64,000 nt of DNA from a virus: the IMG/VR virus record IMGVR_UViG_3300002307_000001, positions 1 to 64,000 of that record; one strand, written 5' to 3'. The position numbers were made by a program, and so were the translations under genes. The notes beneath the pieces are model-generated. The model saw only the letters and a program-made list of their open reading frames with translations, had not been told where the DNA came from and ran no database searches. Within the stretch, counting starts at the first letter, position 1; each line of letters starts with the position of its first letter. Shown here in pieces: positions 37,201 to 49,100 of the stretch.

Positions 37201-40167
37201 AAAAAGAGCAGAAGAGTTAGTTGCTGTAGCAAAAGAAGAAATAAGAAATGGCCTAAATGTGTCTATATACTTTTTAGACATGTACACTGTTCTAATGTAT
37301 CCCGGTTTTGTTATGTTATTAGGATCATTAATAACCTTTAGTACACTAGTAATGTGACTATTAAATACTGCTAAAAATTTTGGGTAGATCTGTTCTTTTT
37401 TACCTTGTGCAAACAATGTTTGCATTTCTGTAATAAGGTGATCTATTTTTCTAATAGTATTATCACCTACTTCAAAAATTGATTGGTGTTTTAAATCTTC
37501 TAAATACTTTTGCCATCCTTCTGCTGCAGTAAAGAGTCTTAAAATAGCGTCTTCCATTGTTGCATCAGTAGCAAGTCTTTCTGCTTTTTCCTCTTTAGTT
37601 TCACCGAAGCTACTTCTGTGAGTAGGGTTACCTGTTTGATACTTTTCATTTAACTCATCAAGCCGGTTTTTACCTTGATATTGTTGTGGTACTATCTTAT
37701 CAACAAATGCTTCATTCTCACTCATTACTCTGTTTACAGGTCCTTCATAAGTAAAACCAGTTACTTTATCATCTTTTGTTTTAAGAAGAATGTGTTCTGT
37801 TCTTACACCACGTACAGGATAGCCCATAAGGTTCAATAACTTTACGTAAGTCATTACCTGTATAGAATGTTCTTGACTCTTGGAAAGTTCCATACCAAGA
37901 AGTAATGAACCTTCTCCTACCTTATAAGAAGTTCCTACATAACTCTTTTCAAAAATACTCTTCCAAGATGTTTTTAAATCTATTACTGTCATTTCTCCAT
38001 CAGGGTGCACAAGTAACAAGTCAATAGAACCTGCTATTGGTAATGCACCTGGAATACCCTCATTCTTGTTAACAACAATAACCTGAGGAAGAGCTATTGT
38101 ACCATCTGCTGTCCATGCTGAAATAAGTCCTTTTAAAAAGTTATATGCATCACTTTTAACAGTACTTATTCTATCAGATGTTTCTATTTCTTCAATATTC
38201 TTTCCAAGAATAACTCCTTCTAATAAACCATCAAAATCATTACCCCACTCACGATTATCATCATAACCTACTATATTCTTTTTACCACTTTTTGCAGTTG
38301 TTGCAGATGTGTAAATAGTTGGGTCAATAACCTTTAAATCTCTGTATTCATGCTTTTGTTTACCGGTAGTAGGATCTATGCTTTTATCAAGTATTATCCT
38401 ATCATGAACATCAATATATACCTCTTTAATAACTTCTTTTTGAACAGCATTTGCTTTTTTCATTTGCTGTTCTGCAATCTTTTTTTCAGTTTCATCTAAC
38501 TGAAAATAGTATTCACCTTTTTCAGATGCTGCTTTTACTGCAGCCATATCAAGACTAGAAGTATCTCCGGCAAGTATTTCAGTAGCAACTTGTTCATAAG
38601 GTGTTTTATCTTCTGTAATATTTTTAAGTTCAGTACCTGCAAATGTTTTTCTGATCCAATCAATAAGTCTTTGGAACCATGACTGAGCTTTAATATCTTT
38701 AGAGTACTTTCCTACTATAACACCGGCAATTACTTTACCAATAGCTTCTTGTGCTATTTTTTCTTCATCAACAGTACCATCTTCTTTTTGATAAAAAGGA
38801 TTACTGGAATACTCATCCATTACTTCTTTATACTCTCTTCTGTTTTTGATGTCCTTCATCATATCTCGAAGAAGTAAAGAATTTTGAGGAAGCCATTGTA
38901 CATAGATATGTGCTGCTTCTTCAGGTAATGTATCTGCAGATGCTTTTCCATTTGCCACCTGTATAGTACGGGTAATAACATTAGCTACTGCATTACCTGA
39001 TACAACTCTACCATTTACAATAAGCTGATCAACATTTCTTACCTTACCACCAAGTGCTTTAACAAAAGCAGTTACTTTCTTGTCTACTGCTTTTATAGGT
39101 GCTTGTTTGCTTGCTGAACTTAATTGATACCATCCACCATTAGGATTTCTTGCAGACATTATTCTAACTAGTTTAGGCTCTGTAGTATCATCTATTCTTA
39201 CAGATGCATAATCTGGATTAGCTGCTATACGTTCCCTCATTCTTTTAACTAGAGTAGCTTTACCCATTGTAACAGGTTTACTGCCTATATATTCTCCATC
39301 TATAAACACTGGCTCCATGAACTTACCAAAGTAGTCATTAATCTGTTTAGCTGCTATTTCAAACGCTAATGGCTCATTAAATAACTTAGGTTGTACACCA
39401 GATTTATTTACTGACTGTTGAAAAAACACACCAGATGTTTCTTTATCTCCATTATTAGTAAATACTTGAGGTTGCTGCAACATAATACGTTCTGTAGTAT
39501 GTATTGCTCTTGGTAATGGTGATACAATAACTTTACTTATTTGAGTATTTTTAAGCTGGTTACCTACCTTATCAGCTTGTTTAATACCTTTATCAGTCAA
39601 CATTGTTTCAGGAGTTCTCATTTTTCCATCTTCATTGTCTTCTGTTTCACCATGACGTATAAAGTAAACATCACCGTTAGCACCTCCCATCTTCTCCACC
39701 TCTCCTGTACTGGTGTTTTCTTTTAAGTACTTATCTGCTGTTATACCAGATAAGTCTTCAGGACGGCCCATTTTATTCCAAAGAAGCAGGAATTTAAGTA
39801 TTGTGGAGTGTGTTACTACTGCAGTATTATTAGAGGCTGTTTCTAGTATCTTTTTGGCTTCTGTTATTGATCTATCTCTTACTTGATTAAAAGACTCACC
39901 ACCACCTATCTTAGCATTAGGATCAGATACAATAAGTTTTTCCATTTGTGGTTCAAATGTCTTTTGATCCTTTCCGGATAAAGTACCTGTATCCCACGCA
40001 GCAAGTGCATCTGATATTTCTACTTTACCTGGATACAATAGTTTAATTGCCTCTACAGGTGTAGGGTTTGTTTCACCTGCAGCTAACCATGCAATTCTTG
40101 CACCATCTTCACCAAACAATTCTTCAAGTTTCTTGTACTCAGGTAATGATTTATTAGGACAACCCAT
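34270..40167 (-). CDS. large virion cargo protein with permuted histidine phosphatase, zincin-like and PD-(D/E)XK domains
   Basis: 1965 aa, directly after the RNAP gene. RHGET, SPLPRA, GGES, VVTH; EEAAH; IAGSIDLL..IDLKTS. Confidence 0.8.
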   Translation of the reverse strand: MGCPNKSLPEYKKLEELFGEDGARIAWLAAGETNPTPVEAIKLLYPGKVEISDALAAWDTGTLSGKDQKTFEPQMEKLIVSDPNAKIGGGESFNQVRDRSITEAKKILETASNNTAVVTHSTILKFLLLWNKMGRPEDLSGITADKYLKENTSTGEVEKMGGANGDVYFIRHGETEDNEDGKMRTPETMLTDKGIKQADKVGNQLKNTQISKVIVSPLPRAIHTTERIMLQQPQVFTNNGDKETSGVFFQQSVNKSGVQPKLFNEPLAFEIAAKQINDYFGKFMEPVFIDGEYIGSKPVTMGKATLVKRMRERIAANPDYASVRIDDTTEPKLVRIMSARNPNGGWYQLSSASKQAPIKAVDKKVTAFVKALGGKVRNVDQLIVNGRVVSGNAVANVITRTIQVANGKASADTLPEEAAHIYVQWLPQNSLLLRDMMKDIKNRREYKEVMDEYSSNPFYQKEDGTVDEEKIAQEAIGKVIAGVIVGKYSKDIKAQSWFQRLIDWIRKTFAGTELKNITEDKTPYEQVATEILAGDTSSLDMAAVKAASEKGEYYFQLDETEKKIAEQQMKKANAVQKEVIKEVYIDVHDRIILDKSIDPTTGKQKHEYRDLKVIDPTIYTSATTAKSGKKNIVGYDDNREWGNDFDGLLEGVILGKNIEEIETSDRISTVKSDAYNFLKGLISAWTADGTIALPQVIVVNKNEGIPGALPIAGSIDLLLVHPDGEMTVIDLKTSWKSIFEKSYVGTSYKVGEGSLLLGMELSKSQEHSIQVMTYVKLLNLMGYPVRGVRTEHILLKTKDDKVTGFTYEGPVNRVMSENEAFVDKIVPQQYQGKNRLDELNEKYQTGNPTHRSSFGETKEEKAERLATDATMEDAILRLFTAAEGWQKYLEDLKHQSIFEVGDNTIRKIDHLITEMQTLFAQGKKEQIYPKFLAVFNSHITSVLKVINDPNNITKPGYIRTVYMSKKYIDTFRPFLISSFATATNSSALFNKIDSTVRTADVAIISAIKNTVKELVEGWSTNKAYLDKEILDEILEIDKDISGANTWLDTLGNSGVVILENAAKMLASARQTVRENVKEQRATIHTLGNNLIEASGTKDPAKLFTFIYQLGPDGKRNGRIISQRGTVYNSLYEKVNIPLYNLDGTRKEFIRKATTPEQIQWNKDLYYLKAAYRDFMEAEHVNVEWVHYTDQYGNARKQPSTTVTEGKYHKYTDEFLEEREKYMEEDDFGNWKPKKGETDPEYVAWRDANFDWSTYLKADTIRDENTGEVTPTGTVSNANKWFPKKKNTVSREYAEDGTDLWDPMYRKMMQPKTALETAQSEFYKGYLDLLKEQIAKLPPSAMYWFEKGYIPTLQGNFVDELSQKGANFGSIVTKQMRTFFDTTAMSDQSDIAKTGSANQSIPIMFMASLQSQKRLAEIESELEKWATKKEGMDPKKWHDKNDIFLNLRKKELHKMTAEQIHPDLVLGLEAFVQMAENFHIMSGVEDTLLAVRDHLQTMKFVTANGKEIEADKANATKRFEKFLDMCFYNDPTFTKSVAEVVIQKLQKATSAMSIPFNIFGTINNKIVARINNRIDAVGGDFFTHRAYNRAIKLYNTEHIPGYIATIGKTKDGKEYGDKKAGSLYEWLTDNYDIVRHAHADQSKVNMLSWGYKGYEAGEWEVQSLVGNAILDSIQMKYTGTDSKLQDCSIIDAYTFDPNTGEATLIDGYKFLDKEGNVAKDQDRARHMVINRIHETNDRIHGNYDSANKTMVESTIVGKLAIQFHKWVWPNFKARFQKGKFDENLGGGMDVEGRYVTLYNLFKDIAKLGEATKRWNELSAHQKNNIKKDIVDMSYFLAFFALAHIVKSLAAGIPDDDPVLKKMANWLRYQSSRGMQEVSIFIPGLGAIESYQLVQNPFATTNALAKFAQLLNSSIEYPFLDDEHRYYQRGNFKGQLKVYKQTKDVLPILREINRITNLNTVTTFYVK

Positions 40168-40169
40168 TA

Positions 40170-43100
40170 TTAACAGTTTTTAATATTATCTAATATTGTT
40201 TCAGGAGATAATTTTGCAGTAATTCCTCTTGTATACACATTTCTTGCTTTTTCTACCCATCCTTCAGATTTACCTTCAGATAGTTTATCTATCTCACTTT
40301 TCCAATCTATAGGCTGTAAAGATACAGCTTGTTTTGTTTCTTCAGTTTGTACTCTAGCTATAATCTTTGCCGGAGTATTTTCATCTGCATTTAAAAGATA
40401 CTGCTTATTACCTTTTACTGCAACAAAACCTTTGCTAGTTGCAATTCTTACAATACCAAACTCAGCCAATCTCTCTTCAGGAGTTTTTGTACTTTGTTTT
40501 GCAGTTTGTTCTGCTTCTATTTGAGCAAGATATTCATCAGTTACTTCCCCTTCTTCTTCAATAACAGTTTTTGTCTTTTTACCTACTTGTATTTTTGAGT
40601 TAGGTAATGGACCATCTATTGCCGATGCTTTAAAGGTAGATGGTGCACCTTTCCACTCTGTTTTACGATACTGTGCACTTGTACCAGTAGCAACTGAAAC
40701 ATCTCTTGTAATAACCTTTGTAGGAGCATTTTCCATACTTTCTCCAAGAGCAAACAGTTCATAGAGTTGCCCATTTATACTAATAGAATATGGAAACTCT
40801 ATTACATCATGTTCTTTACCTTCTTTACCCTTTATCTCTTTTCTTACAATTTTGAAACCAGTTGACTTAACATAATTCTTGTTTTTAGTAAGAAGTGCAT
40901 TTTCAAAATCAGTAAACTTTTTACCATATTTTCTATTTACATAAGTCCCTTCCATATCAGGTACTACAGTATCTCTGATACCCCTAAACATATCAATGTA
41001 AATAAGAGGTTGTTCATTAGGATTAATATCTACCGGTTTAGTGTATTGTTTAGTTAATATATGTTCAAGTACTTTTTTTCTTTCATCATCAGTAAGTTCA
41101 GTTAAATCTATGTCATCCATAGTAGCAACATTCTTTTTATCAATAATATTTTTGATATAGAATTTGTTACCAATATGGGTAGCATATGATCTCATAAACT
41201 CATCCATAATATTTGAAGAAGGTACTCCAAAAATTGACATTGCTTTTTCTTCATCCCATTTATCGGCAGCAAGAAAATCATTTACTTCAGTAGTTCTACC
41301 CATTATGTCTTCAAACATAAACGTAGGGATAAATCTAATAAATGACCCGGTTTTAAATTGTGCACCATCTTTTACCAATAGGTAGTTAAACATTGCGACA
41401 GCATCATCATGAGTGTTTATTTCATTGCCGGATTCATCTTCATATGCATTTACATAAAGAGAAATAAAAGAACTAACTAAACGATCTTGTTGAGCATCAG
41501 ATAACCTAGCCCATGTATTAGCTTCTGCAGTATTGATACCTTCTTTGCTATTTTCTGCAGACACCAACATGAGAAATCTTGATACAAGATAATTTTCATT
41601 TTTTCCTTTTAACTTATCTCTCAAAGATTGCATGGTATCAATTATATCCTTAAAGTCTACAGGTTTTTGACTCTTTAGCTCAGGATAGATCATTGCATTA
41701 GTTAGAGATGATAGTGTACCAGGGTAATCGTTTTTCTGCAACCAGTGTCTATAAGCTTTAATGCTTAAAAATGATATGATATCATGTTTTAAAGTTTTAC
41801 CAAATTCTGAATTTTCTATGTTGGACATTTTTTTCATGTTACCAAATACAACCTCAGACAAACGTGCAAACAATGGTGTTTTTTCAATAAACACCTTTTT
41901 AGAAAGATACTGTACCTGTGCAAGTACTTTTAAGTTAGTTGCTATTATTTTTTGTTGATTAAGTAAAATATCTTTTACATCTACAGCAATCTCAACTTTG
42001 TTTTCTTTTTTATACTCTTCAAGTTCTTTAGCTGTCATCTCAACATAACGGTCTCCATCAAGTTTTATGCCCAAGTTATTAAGTGCAGTATTCATTGCAT
42101 CAATATCTTCCCATGTACTAGGTAGACCTTGAGAAAGTTTCTGTATTTTTGAAATACTAGCAAGTGTATCACTCTGTGTTTCTACCAGTTTTATAGTTTT
42201 TAACACATATGCATCTGTAACTTTATTGCCTCCTTGAGCAATATTATCAATCAGATCTTGAGTTGTTACAAAATTATCCGGACCAACATTCACATCATCT
42301 TTTGGATCTAGTGTACTTATTTTTTCAGCTAGTATTTTTCTTTTACTTGAAGTTGCTTCTTCTTTAGTTTTAAGAGATCCTTCAAGTTTTTGTATATCAG
42401 CAAAATATCTTCTTGCTGCTGGTTGTAATACTAATAGTACTGCAGTTTCAAGAGGTACACCTGTACTAACCATGTTAGAAACATAACCAAGTGCAGTAAT
42501 ATTTAACCCTAACCTTGCAGCAAGACGTTCTTTAGCATTATCTGTCATTGCATTAAGTAATGTACCAAGGTTAGCTGCAATACGTGTACCTGTATATGCA
42601 CCTTTTGGTATATTATTTTCATCAAAGTCTTTCTTACTATACTCTTTTCCGGCAATGATGTAACCCTTGATCTCTCCTTTCTTTTTACCACTTTTATAAA
42701 GAACTGGTTCTGCCTCATGTGCTTCCCATTCTTTATTATGAGAAAAAGAACCAAATGTATTACCATCTATTGTAATCCTATATTTTGGCTCAATATCTAC
42801 TTTAAATTGATTGTTTAAAGAGTATACCTGTATAGCATTTGCAGTTGCACCAATGTTACGGGAACCTTGTTTGTTATTATCGAATGCAATAGCTTTACCA
42901 AGAATAGAACTTACATCAGTAGGTGCCTCTTTAAGTACATTTAATATAGCAACAATACCTTTCTTTTTATCATAAGCTACATTCTCATCTTCAGATATAG
43001 CAGTAAACATTTTTATTAACTTCTCTGTTAAATTAAGAAGCGGTGTAGTAGATGTTGATGTACTATTAAATTTAGTAATCTCCTCATTTGATTGCATTGC

Positions 43101-46100
43101 AATTTTTGCAGCAAGGGATCTGTTATTAAGTACACCATTGTTTAATTCTTCCCCACCTTCAGCAATAAATTCTTTTGTTGTTGTAGGCATTCCCAACTTT
43201 TTAAATGCAACAATAATTATACTTTTATCTGCATCTAAAATATCTGATATTACACCCTCTGTTGTTAACTTATATTCTTTTATTGCATTTTTTACAGCTT
43301 TATTATTTTCAGATTGCCAGGTTATATACTCGTCAAACTTCTCATCATCTGTTTTTGCTGTACCATAGGCAACTCTTCCATATATAGGGTTACCGTTTTT
43401 ACTGTCTATTTGTTTTAAATATGTATCTGCAATACACAAATACATCTTATCAATATCAAAGTCAGCACCAGATATCTCAACAAGCTCATGTGGGAATATA
43501 CCAACTGAACCATATTGCACCGGTAATGTATCTACTTTTCTTAAAGAGATATAAGAGTGCTTATCATCTGATGGAATACGAATACCAAATGCATCTCTCA
43601 TAGATTTTTGTACACTGTTCATTTCTTCTTTGTAATGAGCAGGTGCCATATACTCAGAAAACCTTCCTACAATCTTACCATCTTTATCATAAATAGGTAC
43701 ATTATGTCTTAAGGAGTCAAGATAGATATCACCTTCCTTAAGCCCAACAAATGCTCTTGCTGTAATATCATCCCATCTTTTAGCATCTTTATATCTGCGG
43801 AAATTTTTCAAGTATTCTGATCTAGGAATAACTTCCCACTCTTTTGGTTGTCCATTCTCATCAAGACTAATTACTTTTTTGATACAGTCGCCCATACCAA
43901 GTGAACCAGATACAAGTGCAAGAGTATGTCCTGGTACTTTTTCTGCAACACTACCTTTAGAGAAATAGTTTAAGAAGATGCTGGTAAACTTTTCAAGAGT
44001 TGATGGAAAGTTAAGGTTGTATACAGGTTTACCATCTTTTGTTTCAAGAAAGTTAAGTGTTTGCTGATCAGCACCCGTAGCCCTAAGTGTTTCTTTCATA
44101 GTATCAAAGAAAGCACCCATTTTTGCTGTAAACTCTTTTCCTTTAATGCTTTCATCTAATTCAATTAAAGCATCCTTAAGAGTAAATATTGTGTTTGCAG
44201 TAGCTTTATAATTATTCTTTACACGTTGTGCATTATCGGTCATATAAGCAGCTCTCACCTTACCTATAGTAGTCTCTACTCCCATAAAAGTAACAGCAGT
44301 ACTAGGATCTTGCTCAGACATGATCTGTTGCTTTGCTTGAGAAGGATCTGTTATTGTAAGCTTGTTAGAAGGATTCTCAAGCTGTTGTCTCATAAACCTA
44401 CTTTCCAGTGGGTTAAAATGACTGTCATCTATATCTGAAATACTATTAGCAATATTTTGCTTTAAGCCTTTTGAAACAGACTCTGGGTGAGCAAATACTA
44501 CTGTACTATTTTTATCTTCATAATCCTCCATTTTGTTTAAAAGAGCATGTGCTGCTTCTTTACCTACTTGAGGTTGCCATTCATTACCATCCCATACAGA
44601 AACAGCTTCTCTAAAAAGAGGGATCATTGAACATTTTAGATATGTTGAACCATTATAGTATACAAGCTTTAATGAGTTAAACGCACCTTTATCTTTAAGT
44701 CCACCTGCTCCAAAAAACTCTTCTTCAGTAACAGGTACTCCTTCTTGTAATTTGGTAATAATATCAGCTTGTATTTTAGTTAATTTACCAAAACCAAATA
44801 ATGCATATCTTAAACCCTTTGCTGTACCATACATCTGACCATCATCCCCTTGTATCTCATTACCAGATACAGAAGATCTTACAACACCTTCGTTATCTGA
44901 ATATGTTATATGGTGTATAGTTTTTAAATCATGTTCAATCCCCAATTCCTTAGACACAAATGATGTTGACATAGATGGACCTTGTGCATTTGCACCGGCC
45001 ATTCTTTTAACCTGGTCAATAGGATCTTTAAATGACTTTGCCTCATTGCCTAATATCAACTGATTAATAGCTACTGTATTAATATAATCATTGACAAGTA
45101 TTTGAGTTAAATTAAACATTGGATCATTGTTTTCAATGTTCATTTTATCATTCAGCTCTTGTTTACCATACCCTTCAAAGATAAAATTAGGAGCAAGAAT
45201 ATTACTTATTTTTACAATTTTACCAGCTTCTTTTTTAAGATTGATTAAACCTTCCAATGCCATTTGACTGGCAAGAACATCTGCTTGAGACAACCAATAG
45301 TCATTTAACTGTTTCTTTATTTTGACTTCATCAAGTTCTGCATCAATGTTATTTTCAATCTCTTCTGCAAGTGATCCTAATGAAACTCTTGCATTAAAAA
45401 ATTTAAGACCTCTTGGTGCAATTTTCCAGGTACCATCTTCATTCTTTTTACCGGTATGATAACCTTTTATAGTTTTACCTGTATACGTACCATTATCAAT
45501 TTCTTCAATTTCTTTTTTAGCTTGTTTAATGTTATTAAACTCATTTTCTATAAAACTATATAATTTATCTAATGCTTCTGTACTTAAAGAAACAGCACCT
45601 TTTGTTTTTGTAACAGATGGTATTACAGCCATTCTTATAGAATGTGCACTATTTTTAGCTTCAATCGTTCTTGTCATTACCGGTACAACATACCATGATT
45701 GTGTATTGTTGTCATTACGAACAAGAGCATCTGGTTGCAATCTTACATCATAGAGCCCAAGAAGAGTTGCCAAGAACTCTCGTTTATTAAAGTCACCATA
45801 AGTTATACCTGGTTGCCTATTAACCTCAAGACCTTTGCTTACAAATGACTCTCCTGTTTCATCATTAGTACTTTCAAATACTTTACGAAGGCCATCTATT
45901 TGCTCTACAGAAATTTTATTCCTATTTGCTACAGTTACAAACCTTGGATCAGATAAAAGGAAATTTGCAAACTCAGGATTTTCCATAAGAGTTTGTCTTA
46001 CATTTTTATCATTAAGTTCTCTTACTTTAACAAAATCAAAGTTTGGTAACTGGTGAGCATATACTGTTTCATTGTTAGCATTGGTAAATGATATAGTATT

Positions 46101-49100
46101 AATACTTTCATCAAACAAAGCATTTGAAGCAGCTATCTTCATTAGGAATTGATGTGGCTTACTTGTATTAACCTTTTCACCTTCTTCAGTATCAGCATCT
46201 TTTGCAAAAATGTCAATATTACCAAGTGGTGTTTCAAGATTTGCAACCAGTGCAGATGTAGCAATTGGTTCTACGTTACTGTAAAGGTCATAGAATTTTT
46301 GTTGTTCTACTGTTCTTGCTTCTTCTTTCTTAGATGCAATAATAGAAAACTTAATAAACATCTGATGCAGTGCAATACCGGTTTCTTTTTCAAGAGATAT
46401 TGACATTGATTCAGAAAAATCATCAAGATCAGAATCTGATATCTTGCTTTCATTGTTAGCCATTTTATTAACTAACCTTGTTACTCCAAACTTTTTTACA
46501 TTCTTTAAAGAATCATATTGAGCCTTCCAATTAGAAAACTGAACTCTTGCTACATCTTTTGTGTTTGCATAAGATGTCTGAAACTGGTGGTTTTGATTTA
46601 TTTGTGTAAACAGATACTGTGTACTATACTGGTTAAAACCTTTAAGTACTTGCTGTAACAACAGAGTATTTTTTGTAGCAGTTTTGGTATCCTTGTCAAA
46701 ACCTGTATCTTCAAACAAACGGTTAATAAACTTTACAGTTTCAGGATTACCTTTATGCTTTGTATACTCTATTAGTTTGTCAATTAATTTATCCTCATCT
46801 GCAACATTAGACAGAATAGCCAATAAACCATTATACACCTTATTAGCACTTACTGTATTGTATAAAGGTGTACCATCTATTAAAGATACATTACCAAACT
46901 CATCTTTATCAAGTTGGTAAGTAGTAGAACCTATATACTCTCTAAGATACTTTGATAGAGAACCATAATCAGATAAAGGAGACTTTGATTTTTTATGAGC
47001 ATCTTCTGTATTTCTTGGGCCTACCTCATCTTCAAGAGATGCAACTACTTCATCTTCAAGATTTTGTTTATACCCCATTATTTGAAGGTGTAGATCAACT
47101 GCATCCATCAAACTTTTTCTTGAGCTATCTTCAGTAAACACTGTTTCAAGATCAATTAGTTTACGCATCCACTCTGCTCTTTTTAAAACATCTGTAATTG
47201 CATTAGCTCTACTTTTATAAATAGGCCTGGTTGTATCATAGGTATCCTTGTATATATTAAGAACCTTTTCCAGCAATTCCTTTTTGTTATGTACAGGTTC
47301 AAGCATTGCCATTTTATGATATAATGCAGCAATGTTTGTAGATAATTGATCTCCTGTAGTTTGATCAAGATATCTGTTTACTTCACGAATACCATTTTCT
47401 GTTTCAATTTCAAATCCTTCTTCTAATAATATAAGCTTTAGAGCAGGGTCAGAAACACCTTCCTGTATCTGGTCAGTAAATGAATTTACCTGTAATCCAG
47501 CTTTTTTATATTTACCTCTTTCCAGTTCATAGAACATTGCTTGCAGTTTATTGCCTGTTATTTTTGCAAATAACTCTTTAATAAAATCTGCTAGTTTTTG
47601 GAAAAAAGATTTGATACTACCTTTAGCAGGAGTACTTCTATTCATTTTCCATGCATCAAATTTATCAGCAAGGTACTCTTCATAAAACCTTTCTTCAAGT
47701 TCCTTTTCAGATAAGTTTTTATAAATAGGATCTGAGTTCCTAAGTTCTCTAAGCTTTTTATCAGTTGCTATATTTTCTTTTTTAGCTTGTGCAAGAAGGT
47801 CATTTATCTTATCCTGAGGTAACAATAAACGAAACACACCATGAAAAGCTTCATGATACTTAAATGGAGAACCATCTCTAACTTGTATAGAACCTTTAAT
47901 GTTTTTTAGTTCATCAAGGAAACCAATAAATTGACCGGCAGTTACGTAGTTATTGTTTAAAGCATCTTCAAGTCGTGATAATTCATCTACTGAAAATATT
48001 CCTTCTGGTAGATTTTTCTTTACCCATGCTACAAACTTTTGTATAGATTCTACAGATTTCTCATCAAAGATCTCTCCTTTAGGTACAACTTTTTTACTTT
48101 TTGTACCTTTTTTACGAGAAGCTTTCATTGCTTCAAAATCAGAATTTTCTGCAGCTTTTACATCATTTTCTTTTTTGGCTTTTTTTGTTTTAGCTACCGG
48201 TATAATTTCTTCTACAGGTGTGGCTACAACATTCTCTGCTATACCTGGTGCACTTTCTTGTGGTAATGTACTTGCAGATACTTCTTTAGGTAAACCATAT
48301 CGTAGAGATATTCTTTTTGCAACATTAGGGTATACAGAAGCTGTCATACCAAGAATAGCTTTTCTTTTCTCTTCAATTGATGTAGAGAAAGGAACCTGAT
48401 GCCTAAAGTTTTCTTTTGTTACCGTAATACCGGGAAACAAAACATCTTTTGCATTCTTTTTTTTCTTGGAAATTTCTTTTTGTATAGTTGCAGCTAATTC
48501 TTCAGGACTATTAAATTTTGCAGTATTTAATGAAAGCTGAGGAGATCCTTTTTTATTAGTAGATAAAAATATTGTATTTTCTTTTGGGTTATAGTTTAAT
48601 CTAAGATCCCATTTTTGAAGTTCATTTTTTCCAATTTTACTACCTTCTGTCCATACATGTACAGGAAGAGCAATAAAGATTCCTTTCAGTAATGTTGATA
48701 TTTCTTGGTTGTCTTCTTCTGTTCTTTTTTTATCCTCTTTACTTGATAACTCTTTAATTCTATCAAGAGTTTCTTGCATTTGACTTTCATTGTATACAGT
48801 AGGGGTAACCTGTATCCATTTTATTTGACCAGCAACCTCAATAGCAACTGAATACATGCCATTATTATCCTTTAATGGTATATCACCTGCACTTTTTATA
48901 ATAGTAGTATCTAGGTCACTCATTTCACCTAATACCATTGGTGCATACTCAGATGAACTTACTGTAGTAAACTCACCTGTTGCTTTTAATTGATCTGTAA
49001 TTTCTTTGTACCTGGCATTGTTTACAACAATCATTCTCTTCTCACCTGACTCACTTACCGGTATGTTAGTGTTAGCTTCAATGTCTTCAAGAAGAGGAGC

